From an uncultured virus (IMG/VR IMGVR_UViG_3300027730_000821) (Duplodnaviria > Heunggongvirae > Uroviricota > Caudoviricetes): a DNA stretch of 20,000 bases. How positions within the stretch are numbered: the first letter of the stretch is position 1; every line of letters starts with the position of its first letter. The stretch is taken from the IMG/VR virus record IMGVR_UViG_3300027730_000821, positions 52,535 through 72,534 of that record. The stretch is one strand, 5' to 3'. The position numbers were made by a program, and so were the translations under genes. This document shows positions 1 through 7,882 of the stretch, in pieces. The notes under the pieces are model-generated. The model saw only the letters and a list, made by a program, of their open reading frames with translations. It made no database searches and was not told the origin of the DNA.

Positions 1-1
1 T

Positions 2-619
2 GTAGTCCTTGCTAGTGATCGCGAAGAAGTCGTAGAAAACAGTATCCGAGAATTCGAATATCATGTTGACATGGCACGTTGGATGGGCTATGGCAAGACT
101 TTTCAGGACATGAAGATCAATGTTCATATCAGTGGTCGTCAGGGCCCCGACGGTATCAAGAAGGTAATGTCTCGACTAAGCCCCGAGGCTCGTAATTGCA
201 TCACTATCGAGAATGACGAGATGACTTGGGGTATCGATAGCAGTCTAGAACTCGCTGATACCTGCGCTCTCGTACTAGATATCCATCATCACTATGTAAT
301 GACTGGTGAATATATCGAACCCAATGACGACCGTATCAAGCGCGTGATCGATAGCTGGCGTGGTGTACGTCCTGTCATTCATTACAGTGTAAGTCGTGAA
401 GAATATTTGTCATCACATCTTACTAATGAATTGCCTAACCTTCAACTTCTGCTAGAACAAGGGTTGAACAAGCAGAAGTTGCGGGCACATTCTGACTATA
501 TGTGGAATAAAGCAGTCAATGATTGGGCTAAAGGGCACTGGGATTGGGCAGATGTTATGGTGGAGGCAAAGGCCAAGAACCTAGCTAGCTTTAGATTGTA
601 TGATTATTGGAAGAGCTAA
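2..619 (+). CDS. uvsE: UV DNA damage endonuclease (UVDE/UvsE family), 5'-truncated by the window edge
   Basis: The frame is open from base 2 (VVLASDREEVVENSIREFEYHVDM...). Motifs INVHISG, TIENDE, VLDIHHH, IHYS, RAHSDY and DVMVEAKAKNLA match the UvsE TIM-barrel metal ligands. Confidence 0.9.
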   Translation, partial: VVLASDREEVVENSIREFEYHVDMARWMGYGKTFQDMKINVHISGRQGPDGIKKVMSRLSPEARNCITIENDEMTWGIDSSLELADTCALVLDIHHHYVMTGEYIEPNDDRIKRVIDSWRGVRPVIHYSVSREEYLSSHLTNELPNLQLLLEQGLNKQKLRAHSDYMWNKAVNDWAKGHWDWADVMVEAKAKNLASFRLYDYWKS

Positions 620-1249
620 ATTATATAACTCTGTTTCTTTCTTTATCTTACATATAACGCCAGTAGAGATACCTGTTAGTTTTGAAATTTCTCGTATTCG
701 GTGATTGCTTTTTTCTAGCAAATCAAGTGCTAACCTTAGATTTTCGCCCCTGTTTTTATATTTTGCTACTATAATAGATAATTTTCTCTTGTCGGTGCAG
801 GATATTTTTTTCCCATACATTCCGTTCCTTTCGCCTTTTTTAGCTTTTGATAAATTTTTACGCCAAACATCATTCCTAGGAATGCCTGCTAATGATTCTG
901 ATCTTTTCTTTAAGGTATCTTCACTTGGTTTCCAGCCTAATTTAGACGGAGGTTTTGTTCCGCCTTTATTAGCATTCCATCCTATGTTTTTTTCAGGTCT
1001 TAGTATTTCCTCTTGTCTGTAACAATTTTCTTTGGTGTCGGTCAACAATATTGTTTGGATTATTTTATCTTGATGTTTTTTGAGGACTCTACCGAAATAA
1101 GGATTTTTGTCGTTGCGGTTTTTAGAATCATTCTTATGCTCGTAAAGTCGTCTGGCTGGGTTATTAGAAACGCCTATGTACCCTTCCTTAGTGTAGTCAG
1201 TATGCTCTGGAAGATGAATCCAATAAAGATGGTGGGTATAAATAGTCAT
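581..1249 (-). CDS. Free-standing GIY-YIG homing endonuclease with NUMOD3-like DNA-binding repeats and a C-terminal HTH
   Basis: N-terminal LYWI...GYIGVSNNPARRLYEH, then E(EILRP) and GWN. Then SEDTLKKRSES / KNLSKAKKGERNGMYGK repeats and an IREISKLTGISTGVI HTH. ATG at 1249 has SD GAGGAG upstream. It overlaps the 3' end of uvsE convergently. Confidence 0.85.
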   Translation of the reverse strand: MTIYTHHLYWIHLPEHTDYTKEGYIGVSNNPARRLYEHKNDSKNRNDKNPYFGRVLKKHQDKIIQTILLTDTKENCYRQEEILRPEKNIGWNANKGGTKPPSKLGWKPSEDTLKKRSESLAGIPRNDVWRKNLSKAKKGERNGMYGKKISCTDKRKLSIIVAKYKNRGENLRLALDLLEKSNHRIREISKLTGISTGVICKIKKETELYNLALPIIIQSKAS

Positions 1250-1316
1250 GCTGATCGCTCCTCTTAGCATTAGAGTAGTTGGGTATTTGCAGTACCGCGA
1301 ACTACATCTTTATTTA
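1248..1316 (-). promoter_or_regulatory. Late promoter (TAAATA, 1316-1311) and structured 5' leader of the homing endonuclease
   Basis: The minus strand reads gaTAAATA-aagat-GTAGTT...AACTAC (stem 1305-1275), then an ATGCT-aagaggagcgatc-AGCAT stem enclosing the SD and overlapping the ATG. Confidence 0.65.
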
Positions 1317-1325
1317 TCTTTTTGA

Positions 1326-1355
1326 TTGACAACATATATACTATTATGATAGTAT
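1326..1355 (+). promoter_or_regulatory. sigma70-like promoter
   Basis: TTGACA at 1326-1331 and a TAGTAT-like -10 at 1350-1355, upstream of the ORF at 1379. Confidence 0.5.
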
Positions 1356-1378
1356 ACATATATTAAGAAAGGTAATTA

Positions 1379-1801
1379 ATGTTTAAAGCAATCAAAGACT
1401 GGATCAGTCCCCCTCCCCCACCTATCCCGGTTCCTGAACCCGAAGTAAAGAAAGAGCCCAAGGTTAAAAAGCCTGAATTAACTCCTAAGGAAAAGGCAAC
1501 ACTTGCAGGCGAGCCTTATATCTCTATCTTGAGTGTGGAGCTTGATCCTAACGATATCAACAATGGATCATTCGACTTAGATTGGAATGATAAGTTCGTG
1601 CTTAATCTAGTCAAGCAGGGATATAAGTTCTCACCTAAAGATACTGATTCAATGATCGTTGATCGTTGGTTCCAGACCGTGTGCAGGAATATCGCTTTAG
1701 AAGTGTATGAGCAAGAGATTGCTGATCCTGAAAAGCGTGAATCAGAACTACGTATCATTAGACAACGTGATATTGGTGGCGGATTTACTGAGGTAAGTTG
1801 A
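1379..1801 (+). CDS. Conserved phage hypothetical protein
   Basis: 140-aa ORF with SD AAGG, a Pro/Lys-rich N-terminus and an FDLDWNDKFV...GY...IVDRWF core of the kind seen in T4-like phage hypotheticals. Confidence 0.75.
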   Translation: MFKAIKDWISPPPPPIPVPEPEVKKEPKVKKPELTPKEKATLAGEPYISILSVELDPNDINNGSFDLDWNDKFVLNLVKQGYKFSPKDTDSMIVDRWFQTVCRNIALEVYEQEIADPEKRESELRIIRQRDIGGGFTEVS

Positions 1802-2379
1802 TGAAGAAAATGTTTGACCGACCAATTGAACTTGATGCTCCAGATTTCGTAATTCCATTACGAAATATTCAAAGTCCTACGGACATATATAATTTTTGCA
1901 GAACTAACAATATTTCTCATTTTGGATATGGGTTTAGGTTTGTTCGTAACAGTTATTTAACCAAACAGCTTAAATTTGGATTTAGTGCCCCAGAACCAAA
2001 TGTAAAGGCTATTCAAAAAGGTGAACGGTTGGTTCGGCAAATTGCTTGGCTTCCAGGCTGGAATGTTAATGTGTCAAGTTCTCATGGATTTGAATTTTGG
2101 CACGGTTGCACCTCTTTGATTAATCAAGAAATTCTCCCCAAAGATACAAATTACACTGATATTGAAATTGCAATTTGGTCGGTTGACAAACGTACTAACA
2201 TCTCGGGATACCCGTTAACTAGAAAAGAACTTGCAGCATATACTGAAAGCGAGTTGTGTGAACAGTATGTCGAACATCACGGCCGTCTCCCGCATTTAAA
2301 CATTGTAGATCCTACCCTAAATAAAACATATCGGGGGTTGAGAAAAAGCACCTTTTTAGACTTGTTTGAAATCGGATAA
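1801..2379 (+). CDS. Putative divergent GIY-YIG-like nuclease
   Basis: FGYGF...LKFGFS...GERLVRQ...ESELCEQY..HHGRLPHLN follows GIY-YIG motif order (two beta strands, R, E, N). ATG overlaps the upstream TGA. Confidence 0.55.
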   Translation: MKKMFDRPIELDAPDFVIPLRNIQSPTDIYNFCRTNNISHFGYGFRFVRNSYLTKQLKFGFSAPEPNVKAIQKGERLVRQIAWLPGWNVNVSSSHGFEFWHGCTSLINQEILPKDTNYTDIEIAIWSVDKRTNISGYPLTRKELAAYTESELCEQYVEHHGRLPHLNIVDPTLNKTYRGLRKSTFLDLFEIG

Positions 2380-2448
2380 AAAGACTTGACACCTATCCAT
2401 TAAGTGCGTGTATTAAAAATTGAACACAGAAATGAAAGTTTAATTGAT

Positions 2449-2820
2449 ATGCAAATTCGTCCTACTTGTATTAATCACGGCTGCAATCGCCCAGTTGCTA
2501 ATGACGGAAGTCGCTGGAGGCCTACCTGTTATCGATGCCATAAAGCAGGGTATGGGAAAGGTACTTTTGCTTTCGGCGTTACCCCATTTCGAACCGGTTA
2601 TTGCACTAACACTGATAGTCATTTGGGTTTTCCGTGCGCTATTGATTACAAAAAGGCACCGTGGGTAATAGGCAAAACGCACATTGATCATATTGACGGT
2701 AACCATTTAAATAATATTCTAGAAAATGTGGTTGAACTTTGTCCTCTCTGTCATCAATACAAAGGTATGCTTACCGGTGACTTTAAGAATCAAGGCGTGT
2801 ATCACTACAACAAAAAATAA
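2449..2820 (+). CDS. HNH endonuclease with Zn-binding Cys motifs
   Basis: HIDHIDGNHLNNILENVVELCPLCH is a canonical HNH. N-terminal CINHGC and CYRCH motifs. ATG 2449 follows GAAAG; the ORF track starts at GTG 2404. Confidence 0.85.
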   Translation: MQIRPTCINHGCNRPVANDGSRWRPTCYRCHKAGYGKGTFAFGVTPFRTGYCTNTDSHLGFPCAIDYKKAPWVIGKTHIDHIDGNHLNNILENVVELCPLCHQYKGMLTGDFKNQGVYHYNKK

Positions 2821-2823
2821 TGG

Positions 2824-2865
2824 TTGACATTCAGCCTAATCCTTGCTATAATATGCGTATAAATA
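2824..2865 (+). promoter_or_regulatory. Consensus sigma70 promoter plus tandem late promoter TATAAATA
   Basis: TTGACA (2824-2829), 17 bp, TGcTATAAT (2847-2852); TATAAATA at 2858-2865. Confidence 0.8.
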
Positions 2866-2878
2866 GAGAAAGCCTCAT

Positions 2879-3883
2879 ATGAAATATGCACTGATCGACA
2901 CGGCTAATACCTTCTTTCGCGCTAGGCACGTTGCGTCTCGCAACACTGACACGTGGGAAAAAGTAGGAATGGCGATGCACCTTACATTGTCGTCTGTCAA
3001 TCAGATGGTACGTAAGTTTGGCATCGATCATGTCGTGTTCTGTCTCGAGGGTCGTTCTTGGCGTAAGGACTTCTACAAGCCATACAAGGCTAATCGAGTA
3101 AAAACTGACGCGACCGAGGCTGAGATCGAAGAAAATCAGATGTTCTGGGAAACGTACGAATCGTTTACTACGTTCATTCGTGAGCGCACAAACGCTAGCT
3201 TACTACGTCATCCTACTGCTGAAGCAGATGACCTCATCGCCCGCTTCATCGCACTGCACCCCGAAGACGAGCATTTCATTATTTCTTCCGACACTGACTT
3301 TGTTCAACTGATCGCACCTAACGTAAAGCAGTACAACGGTGTTGCTGGTCAGTTGATCACACTTGAGGGTTACTTCGATGATCGCGGTAAGCCTGTCAAA
3401 GATAAGAAGACTAAGGAACCTAAATTGCTTGAGGATCCTGAATATCTATTGTTCAAGAAAATCATTCGTGGTGATGCATCTGACAACGTGTTCTCTGCAT
3501 ATCCTGGTGTTCGTGAGAAGGGCACAAAGAATAAGATCGGCATTGTCGAAGCATATGCTGATCGCAACAAACAGGGCTTTAATTGGAACAATCTGATGTT
3601 GCAAAGCTGGATTGACCACGATGGCGCTGAGCATCGAGTTAGGGATGATTACGCGCGTAATCGTACCCTGATCGATCTGACAGCACAACCGCAAGAAATT
3701 AAAGATATGGTTGATCAATCAATACGCACAGGAGTAAAGACCGAACATGTACCGCAAGTCGGCGTGCAACTTATGAAATTCTGCGGTAAGTATGAGCTTA
3801 CTAAAATAAGCGAGCAAGCCGAGACTTATTCTAAGTGGCTCAACAACACCTACAAGGGAGTTTTGCTTGACGAGTCGGTATGA
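2879..3883 (+). CDS. rnh: T4-like RNase H / 5'-3' exonuclease (FEN/PIN fold)
   Basis: LIDTAN, SWRKDFYKPYKANR, EADDLIA, IISSDTDFVQL, GDASDNV and RNRTLIDL motifs. Confidence 0.92.
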   Translation: MKYALIDTANTFFRARHVASRNTDTWEKVGMAMHLTLSSVNQMVRKFGIDHVVFCLEGRSWRKDFYKPYKANRVKTDATEAEIEENQMFWETYESFTTFIRERTNASLLRHPTAEADDLIARFIALHPEDEHFIISSDTDFVQLIAPNVKQYNGVAGQLITLEGYFDDRGKPVKDKKTKEPKLLEDPEYLLFKKIIRGDASDNVFSAYPGVREKGTKNKIGIVEAYADRNKQGFNWNNLMLQSWIDHDGAEHRVRDDYARNRTLIDLTAQPQEIKDMVDQSIRTGVKTEHVPQVGVQLMKFCGKYELTKISEQAETYSKWLNNTYKGVLLDESV

Positions 3884-4127
3884 TGACGGCCGTTACTCGC
3901 GAAGTCATACACTTTGGATGCGCATCGGCGGACTGTGGGTATATAAAACAGATACACGGATGCATGAAGTTTGGCATGCCGACATTGCGATAGAAAAAAC
4001 GCCTGATGGTAAGTTCAAGTATTTCAAACATCGCGGAGGCGACCTACGATTTCTGAATGAAGAAGAATTAAAAAAAATGTCCTGGATTGTTCTTACTGCG
4101 GAGAGAATATGCAATGAACCAGATTGA
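3867..4127 (+). CDS. Hypothetical protein
   Basis: 86-aa ORF with TTG start after SD AGGGAG; fills the gap and overlaps both neighbours. Confidence 0.6.
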   Translation: MTSRYDDGRYSRSHTLWMRIGGLWVYKTDTRMHEVWHADIAIEKTPDGKFKYFKHRGGDLRFLNEEELKKMSWIVLTAERICNEPD

Positions 4128-4410
4128 ACTTCTGTGCAAAGACTGTAAGTATTCTTTCGTTTCATTAGGTAACCTATTTTTTACATTTGGGTTTCCTACT
4201 TCGGATATGCATCGATGTCGCAAAGCGTTTAAGCCTAATAGGGTCGTTTTTGACCCCGTATACGGCAATCAAAATGTCAAAGGTACATATCGTTCTTGTA
4301 ATTCAAACAGGGCAAACTATGGGGATTGCAAGCCCGCAGCAATCATGTGGGCACCAAAGCACAAGAAAGATTTATTTAAAATGTTGACAAAGGAAACACA
4401 CCATGACTGA
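4114..4410 (+). CDS. Cys-rich hypothetical protein (CxxC)
   Basis: ATG 4114 after GGAGA; LCKDCKYS...RC...SC...DC pattern typical of small phage metal-binding ORFs. Confidence 0.7.
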   Translation: MNQIELLCKDCKYSFVSLGNLFFTFGFPTSDMHRCRKAFKPNRVVFDPVYGNQNVKGTYRSCNSNRANYGDCKPAAIMWAPKHKKDLFKMLTKETHHD

Positions 4411-4858
4411 TCTAATCGCGAAAACAATCGTCAAAGACCAATTTTGGATCGTTACGGATGGTACTAAAAAGGTAGGAAATATCGAAGCTAATAACTCTGG
4501 TTACGGTGTTCAACTTAACGGACATTTGTTCCAGTTTGACAATGCAGTCGAGTTAAAGAAAAAGACTAGGATTCGTTTCGACCCTATCAAGTCAGATCGT
4601 ACGAAGATATCTCTGCCCTACCCTGAATATCCTACGCCAGAACATGTATATAATTCTATTTTTGACATCACGCGTGGCTTACATCTGTTTACTACCTCTA
4701 CGAAAAGTAAATGTTTACACGCTGCAGGATGGTTCTTGTTAGAGCAGAACGGAATCAAGACAGTCATGTTCTGCCCAAAGTATATTTTCATTCAACGTTA
4801 CCCATATGAGGGTCCGTTTAAAACGGAAACTGAAGCTCTTAATAAGATAAATATCTAG
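4403..4858 (+). CDS. Conserved phage hypothetical protein
   Basis: 151 aa, SD AAGGA; TTSTKSKCLHAAGW...FCPKYIFIQRYPYEGPFKT core. Confidence 0.8.
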   Translation: MTDLIAKTIVKDQFWIVTDGTKKVGNIEANNSGYGVQLNGHLFQFDNAVELKKKTRIRFDPIKSDRTKISLPYPEYPTPEHVYNSIFDITRGLHLFTTSTKSKCLHAAGWFLLEQNGIKTVMFCPKYIFIQRYPYEGPFKTETEALNKINI

Positions 4859-4860
4859 CG

Positions 4861-5073
4861 ATGTTCCTTCATATAAAGCGATTCATGGAAAAGATGACAG
4901 TAGTCGAAACAAAGAATGCCAAAGATGTGGTTATTCCGATCGCCGAAGCACGTGGATTGCGAGATGAGCTTACTAAGCTATTAGCGGAACTGTACGAGCA
5001 TAGTACGAAACATGATGAAGATCGAAAAAATGAAGTGTTTGAGATACAAATAAGAGGAGGTTCATTTAAATGA
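4861..5073 (+). CDS. Hypothetical protein
   Basis: 70 aa; TAAATA at 4848-4853 lies 7 nt before the ATG. Confidence 0.7.
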   Translation: MFLHIKRFMEKMTVVETKNAKDVVIPIAEARGLRDELTKLLAELYEHSTKHDEDRKNEVFEIQIRGGSFK

Positions 5074-5082
5074 ATGATCTAA

Positions 5083-5388
5083 ATGTCTAGAAATCAACCT
5101 AATATTTTGCTCGAACATGTAGATAGACAGACCTATAAATGTGATCAGATTGTAGAGGCTGCTGGAATATGGGCTGTATTTCTTGATGGTCAACCCATCA
5201 ATCTCAAGTCATCACATTACCTCACTAACGATTCTGCTCCCAAGTATAAAAAGACTAGTTTCTCAAATCCTGGTCATGCTAGGAACCTATGTCGCAAGCT
5301 GAATGCACAGTTTAAGACTGACAAGTTTACTGTTTGTTTTTTAAACCAAGGTAGAACGGTTTACCCAGAATCCATCACTGATGAGTAG
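5083..5388 (+). CDS. Conserved phage hypothetical protein
   Basis: 101 aa; WAVFLDGQPINLK...PKYKKTSFSNPGHARNLCRKLN. Confidence 0.8.
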   Translation: MSRNQPNILLEHVDRQTYKCDQIVEAAGIWAVFLDGQPINLKSSHYLTNDSAPKYKKTSFSNPGHARNLCRKLNAQFKTDKFTVCFLNQGRTVYPESITDE

Positions 5389-5399
5389 GTAATCCGATT

Positions 5400-5810
5400 G
5401 TGACCTATCCCAAATCGAAGACAGAGATAGTAAAAACTATCTTAGCGGCGATAGGTGACGACCCCGATAATCCTTGGAAAAATATACCAGTGGATAAACT
5501 TGTGTTCTCTTGGTTTATTAGCGGGCGTACGGGATCTGGATTACGACTAACAGTAGAAGGATCAAAAGCTTTCGCATATGCACAGATCGCACACTACGAT
5601 TTTCCAGTTGACAATAGTGGACAAGTTTGGACGGCAGCGGCGTGGGAGAGGTATTCAGTTTTCGTCAACAAGAAACTACACTGTCCATATTTTATTTCTT
5701 CTAGCATAGAACAACAACATCTACGTGTATGGGTATATGATCATCGTATCGCGATGATGCTAGGTTTGTTTGGGTCACTAACTGAATATGTCGAATCTGT
5801 CATAGCATAA
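5400..5810 (+). CDS. Hypothetical protein
   Basis: 136 aa, GTG start after AGGT, in operon order. Confidence 0.7.
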   Translation: MTYPKSKTEIVKTILAAIGDDPDNPWKNIPVDKLVFSWFISGRTGSGLRLTVEGSKAFAYAQIAHYDFPVDNSGQVWTAAAWERYSVFVNKKLHCPYFISSSIEQQHLRVWVYDHRIAMMLGLFGSLTEYVESVIA

Positions 5811-5835
5811 TTAACCCGAACCAGTTTACTTACAC

Positions 5836-5892
5836 TAAATAGTATCGTAGACTGACACTGTAGTCGATCTACTACCACACACACAGAAAGGA
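5836..5892 (+). promoter_or_regulatory. Late promoter, 5' hairpin and CA-repeat leader
   Basis: TAAATA 5836-5841; GTAGA (5847-5851)/TCTAC (5868-5872) stem; (CA)5 at 5876-5885; then SD AAAGGA. Confidence 0.55.
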
Positions 5893-5897
5893 ATACT

Positions 5898-6176
5898 ATG
5901 TTTAAAACTTTAATCAACAACACCGTTGAATCGGTGCAGGCAATGCAAAAGATTGCCATTGACTCTTTTGTCAAACACGAACCCCTTGCTAATTCATTCA
6001 ACAAATTCGTAGATGCACAAACCGTGTATACCAAGAATGCCGTTACAGCCATGTCTGAAGCCGGGTCTTCACTTTTTCAGTTAATTACTGATAAGGATTT
6101 TTATACTGATTTGGTTAATACTGCCCAAGAAAGCGTAAAAACTGTTTTGCCTAAAAAAGAAAAGCAAAATGATTAA
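5898..6176 (+). CDS. Phasin-like amphipathic helical protein
   Basis: 92 aa, predicted all-helical, Ala/Thr/Gln-rich (NNTVESVQAMQK...FNKFVDAQTVYTKNAV). The phasin resemblance is by pattern only. Confidence 0.5.
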   Translation: MFKTLINNTVESVQAMQKIAIDSFVKHEPLANSFNKFVDAQTVYTKNAVTAMSEAGSSLFQLITDKDFYTDLVNTAQESVKTVLPKKEKQND

Positions 6177-6312
6177 GCAGTTTTTCAAACGGGCACTAGA
6201 GTTTTACCTCCGTGGATTGATAATCAACGGAGAGAATCAGGCTTTTATGCATCAAGCGATGTGGTCAGAGTCAAAGAAAATTTTTAACCAAGGCACAAAG
6301 AAAGATAATTAA
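6169..6312 (+). CDS. Small hypothetical protein (47 aa, below the ORF-track cutoff)
   Basis: MIKQFFKRALEFYLRGLIINGENQAFMHQAMWSESKKIFNQGTKKDN*; overlaps the upstream stop. Confidence 0.55.
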   Translation: MIKQFFKRALEFYLRGLIINGENQAFMHQAMWSESKKIFNQGTKKDN

Positions 6313-6316
6313 AATA

Positions 6317-6421
6317 ATGACTACTTATAAAGCAACTCAACTGACAAGTTGCGCCGGAGGCACTGTTATGGGTGCTATATGCGTATACATGTTATTTGTT
6401 TTCACAAGCCTAATATATTAA
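6317..6421 (+). CDS. Small membrane peptide (34 aa)
   Basis: MTTYKATQLTSCAGGTVMGAICVYMLFVFTSLIY*; hydrophobic C-terminal half; tiles the gap exactly. Confidence 0.45.
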   Translation: MTTYKATQLTSCAGGTVMGAICVYMLFVFTSLIY

Positions 6422-6434
6422 GGAGAAGACTTAA

Positions 6435-6698
6435 GTGGAACTTCCAAAATTTCCTGAATTCCGAACAACAAAGAACGGATATGAGATCCGTGCTGACGTA
6501 CTAGAGATGGCGAAGCAATTAGTTACTGAAGAATATCATGCCAAATACATGGGATGGGAAGTATCTCGGGAACGTGATCCAAAAACTGGTCAAATTGTGA
6601 CTAAGGTTGCAGCTCCAGAATTTCCAGGGCTCGATAAGGTCCTAGAAGCTGCACAGAAGATGTATGACTTCGTGAATAACAAGAAGTCTTCCGAATAA
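6435..6698 (+). CDS. Conserved phage hypothetical protein
   Basis: GTG start after AGGAG; KNGYEIRADVLEMAK...PGLDKVLEAAQKMYDFV family pattern. Confidence 0.8.
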   Translation: MELPKFPEFRTTKNGYEIRADVLEMAKQLVTEEYHAKYMGWEVSRERDPKTGQIVTKVAAPEFPGLDKVLEAAQKMYDFVNNKKSSE

Positions 6699-6713
6699 AT
6701 TTACTCCAGCCAT

Positions 6714-6740
6714 ACCCTATCAGGCAATGCCTGATAGGGT
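6714..6740. terminator. Perfect 12-bp hairpin, probable terminator
   Basis: ACCCTATCAGGC-AAT-GCCTGATAGGGT just after the stop at 6698; no strong U-tract. Confidence 0.65.
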
Positions 6741-6773
6741 GGTAAAAGAATTTCTTTAATGGGTCGTTTTTGG

Positions 6774-6802
6774 TTGACATTCTGAATCTCCTTTGCTATA
6801 TT
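6774..6802 (+). promoter_or_regulatory. sigma70 promoter with extended -10
   Basis: tggTTGACA, 17 bp, TGcTATATT; closely resembles the promoter at 2824. Confidence 0.8.
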
Positions 6803-6834
6803 TAAGATCATAGATTGAAGCAAAGGACTAGCAA

Positions 6835-7494
6835 ATGGCTCGTTATCAGGCTCCGAAGATTTCTTATTCGACTGACGAAGTGTTTGCCGCTGCTTGTGCA
6901 GCACAGCGCATCAACGGCGAATATCTTAAGGACGACAAGATTCTGTATGATACTGATGGGCATGTCGAGAAGGTTGAGAAGATCGCTAACAAGAAGCTGA
7001 CTTCTCAGTTTCTTCGCGGTGACTTTGACATCAACGATGAGGACCGTGCACTGGGACAAGAAGTGCGTCAGTACTGTAACTCCCTGACGTTCAAGATCCT
7101 GCAGGGAAAGACTCTGAGTGATTTTGAGCAAGTTATGCTCAGTGTTGCTGACAAAGAGACTGTTGACAGCTTCTACGAGATTGCTGTTGTTTCGTCTCTC
7201 CCTGCTTCGTATGAGCGTTATAAAGCTCGTGCAGAAACTGATCGCCGTGTCCGTGACACGAATGGTTTTGTTGGTGACATGGGTGATAGGGTTGATCTCA
7301 AAGTTAACGTAGTGAAGTGTTTTTATTCTCGTAACTGGAACGTATATTTCATTACTGCGATCACTGAAAATAATAAGTCTGTGTTTTTCAGCAGCCGTAA
7401 TCAGATTGATATCGGCAAGTCGCTGAATGTTAGGGGTACTGTTAAGTCTCATTGTGATGGGTCTTCTCAGCTTTCCCGTGTTAAGGTTCTCTGA
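6835..7494 (+). CDS. Phage protein with C-terminal OB-fold (putative nucleic-acid binding)
   Basis: 219 aa; FVGDMGDRVDLKVNVV...VFFSS....IGKSLNVRGTVKSH....QLSRVKV resembles an OB fold; SD AAGGA. Confidence 0.65.
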   Translation: MARYQAPKISYSTDEVFAAACAAQRINGEYLKDDKILYDTDGHVEKVEKIANKKLTSQFLRGDFDINDEDRALGQEVRQYCNSLTFKILQGKTLSDFEQVMLSVADKETVDSFYEIAVVSSLPASYERYKARAETDRRVRDTNGFVGDMGDRVDLKVNVVKCFYSRNWNVYFITAITENNKSVFFSSRNQIDIGKSLNVRGTVKSHCDGSSQLSRVKVL

Positions 7495-7504
7495 ACCTTA
7501 AAGT

Positions 7505-7595
7505 GGGTGTTCGTCAAACACGAATGGTCTTTCGTAAAGTGGGTCTCCCTTTAAAGGGTTGTAAATTCCCTAAGTGGACTGTTTGACGAACACCC
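7505..7595. repeat. 16-bp perfect inverted repeat enclosing a 59-nt structured core
   Basis: GGGTGTTCGTCAAACA (7505-7520) / TGTTTGACGAACACCC (7580-7595); inner palindrome CCCTTTAAAGGG (7547-7558). Confidence 0.85.
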
Positions 7596-7623
7596 AACTA
7601 TCATTTATATTATTAAAACAGCC

Positions 7624-7833
7624 ATGAACAACAGCAAAGAAAACACATTTAGGGCCTTGCGTGATGAGGAATTGCTTGTGAGCAGTTTTTGGTGTAGGTT
7701 TGGTTGGCACAGTTGGACCAAATATCGTGAACCTGAAAAAGTCCGCGAAAATGTATACGTTCCGAGTCATATCCAGGAACGTCGATGCGCCTCGTGCAAT
7801 AAGCTTAATCGCTGGCGCATACCCGATCTTTGA
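7624..7833 (+). CDS. Small Zn-ribbon-like hypothetical protein
   Basis: 69 aa; CRFGWHSW...RRCASCNK. Confidence 0.65.
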   Translation: MNNSKENTFRALRDEELLVSSFWCRFGWHSWTKYREPEKVRENVYVPSHIQERRCASCNKLNRWRIPDL

Positions 7834-7835
7834 AC

Positions 7836-7864
7836 TTGACATCAACCTAATTTGATAGTATACT
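7836..7864 (+). promoter_or_regulatory. sigma70 promoter of the ligase N-half
   Basis: TTGACA, 17 bp, TATACT; SD AAGGAG before ATG 7883. Confidence 0.75.
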
Positions 7865-7882
7865 ATAATTCAAGGAGCACTC

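Noticed and set aside
6808..7452. 214-aa antisense ORF
   Set aside because: Mirror of the 6835-7494 gene, which has the promoter and SD; no recognisable motifs.
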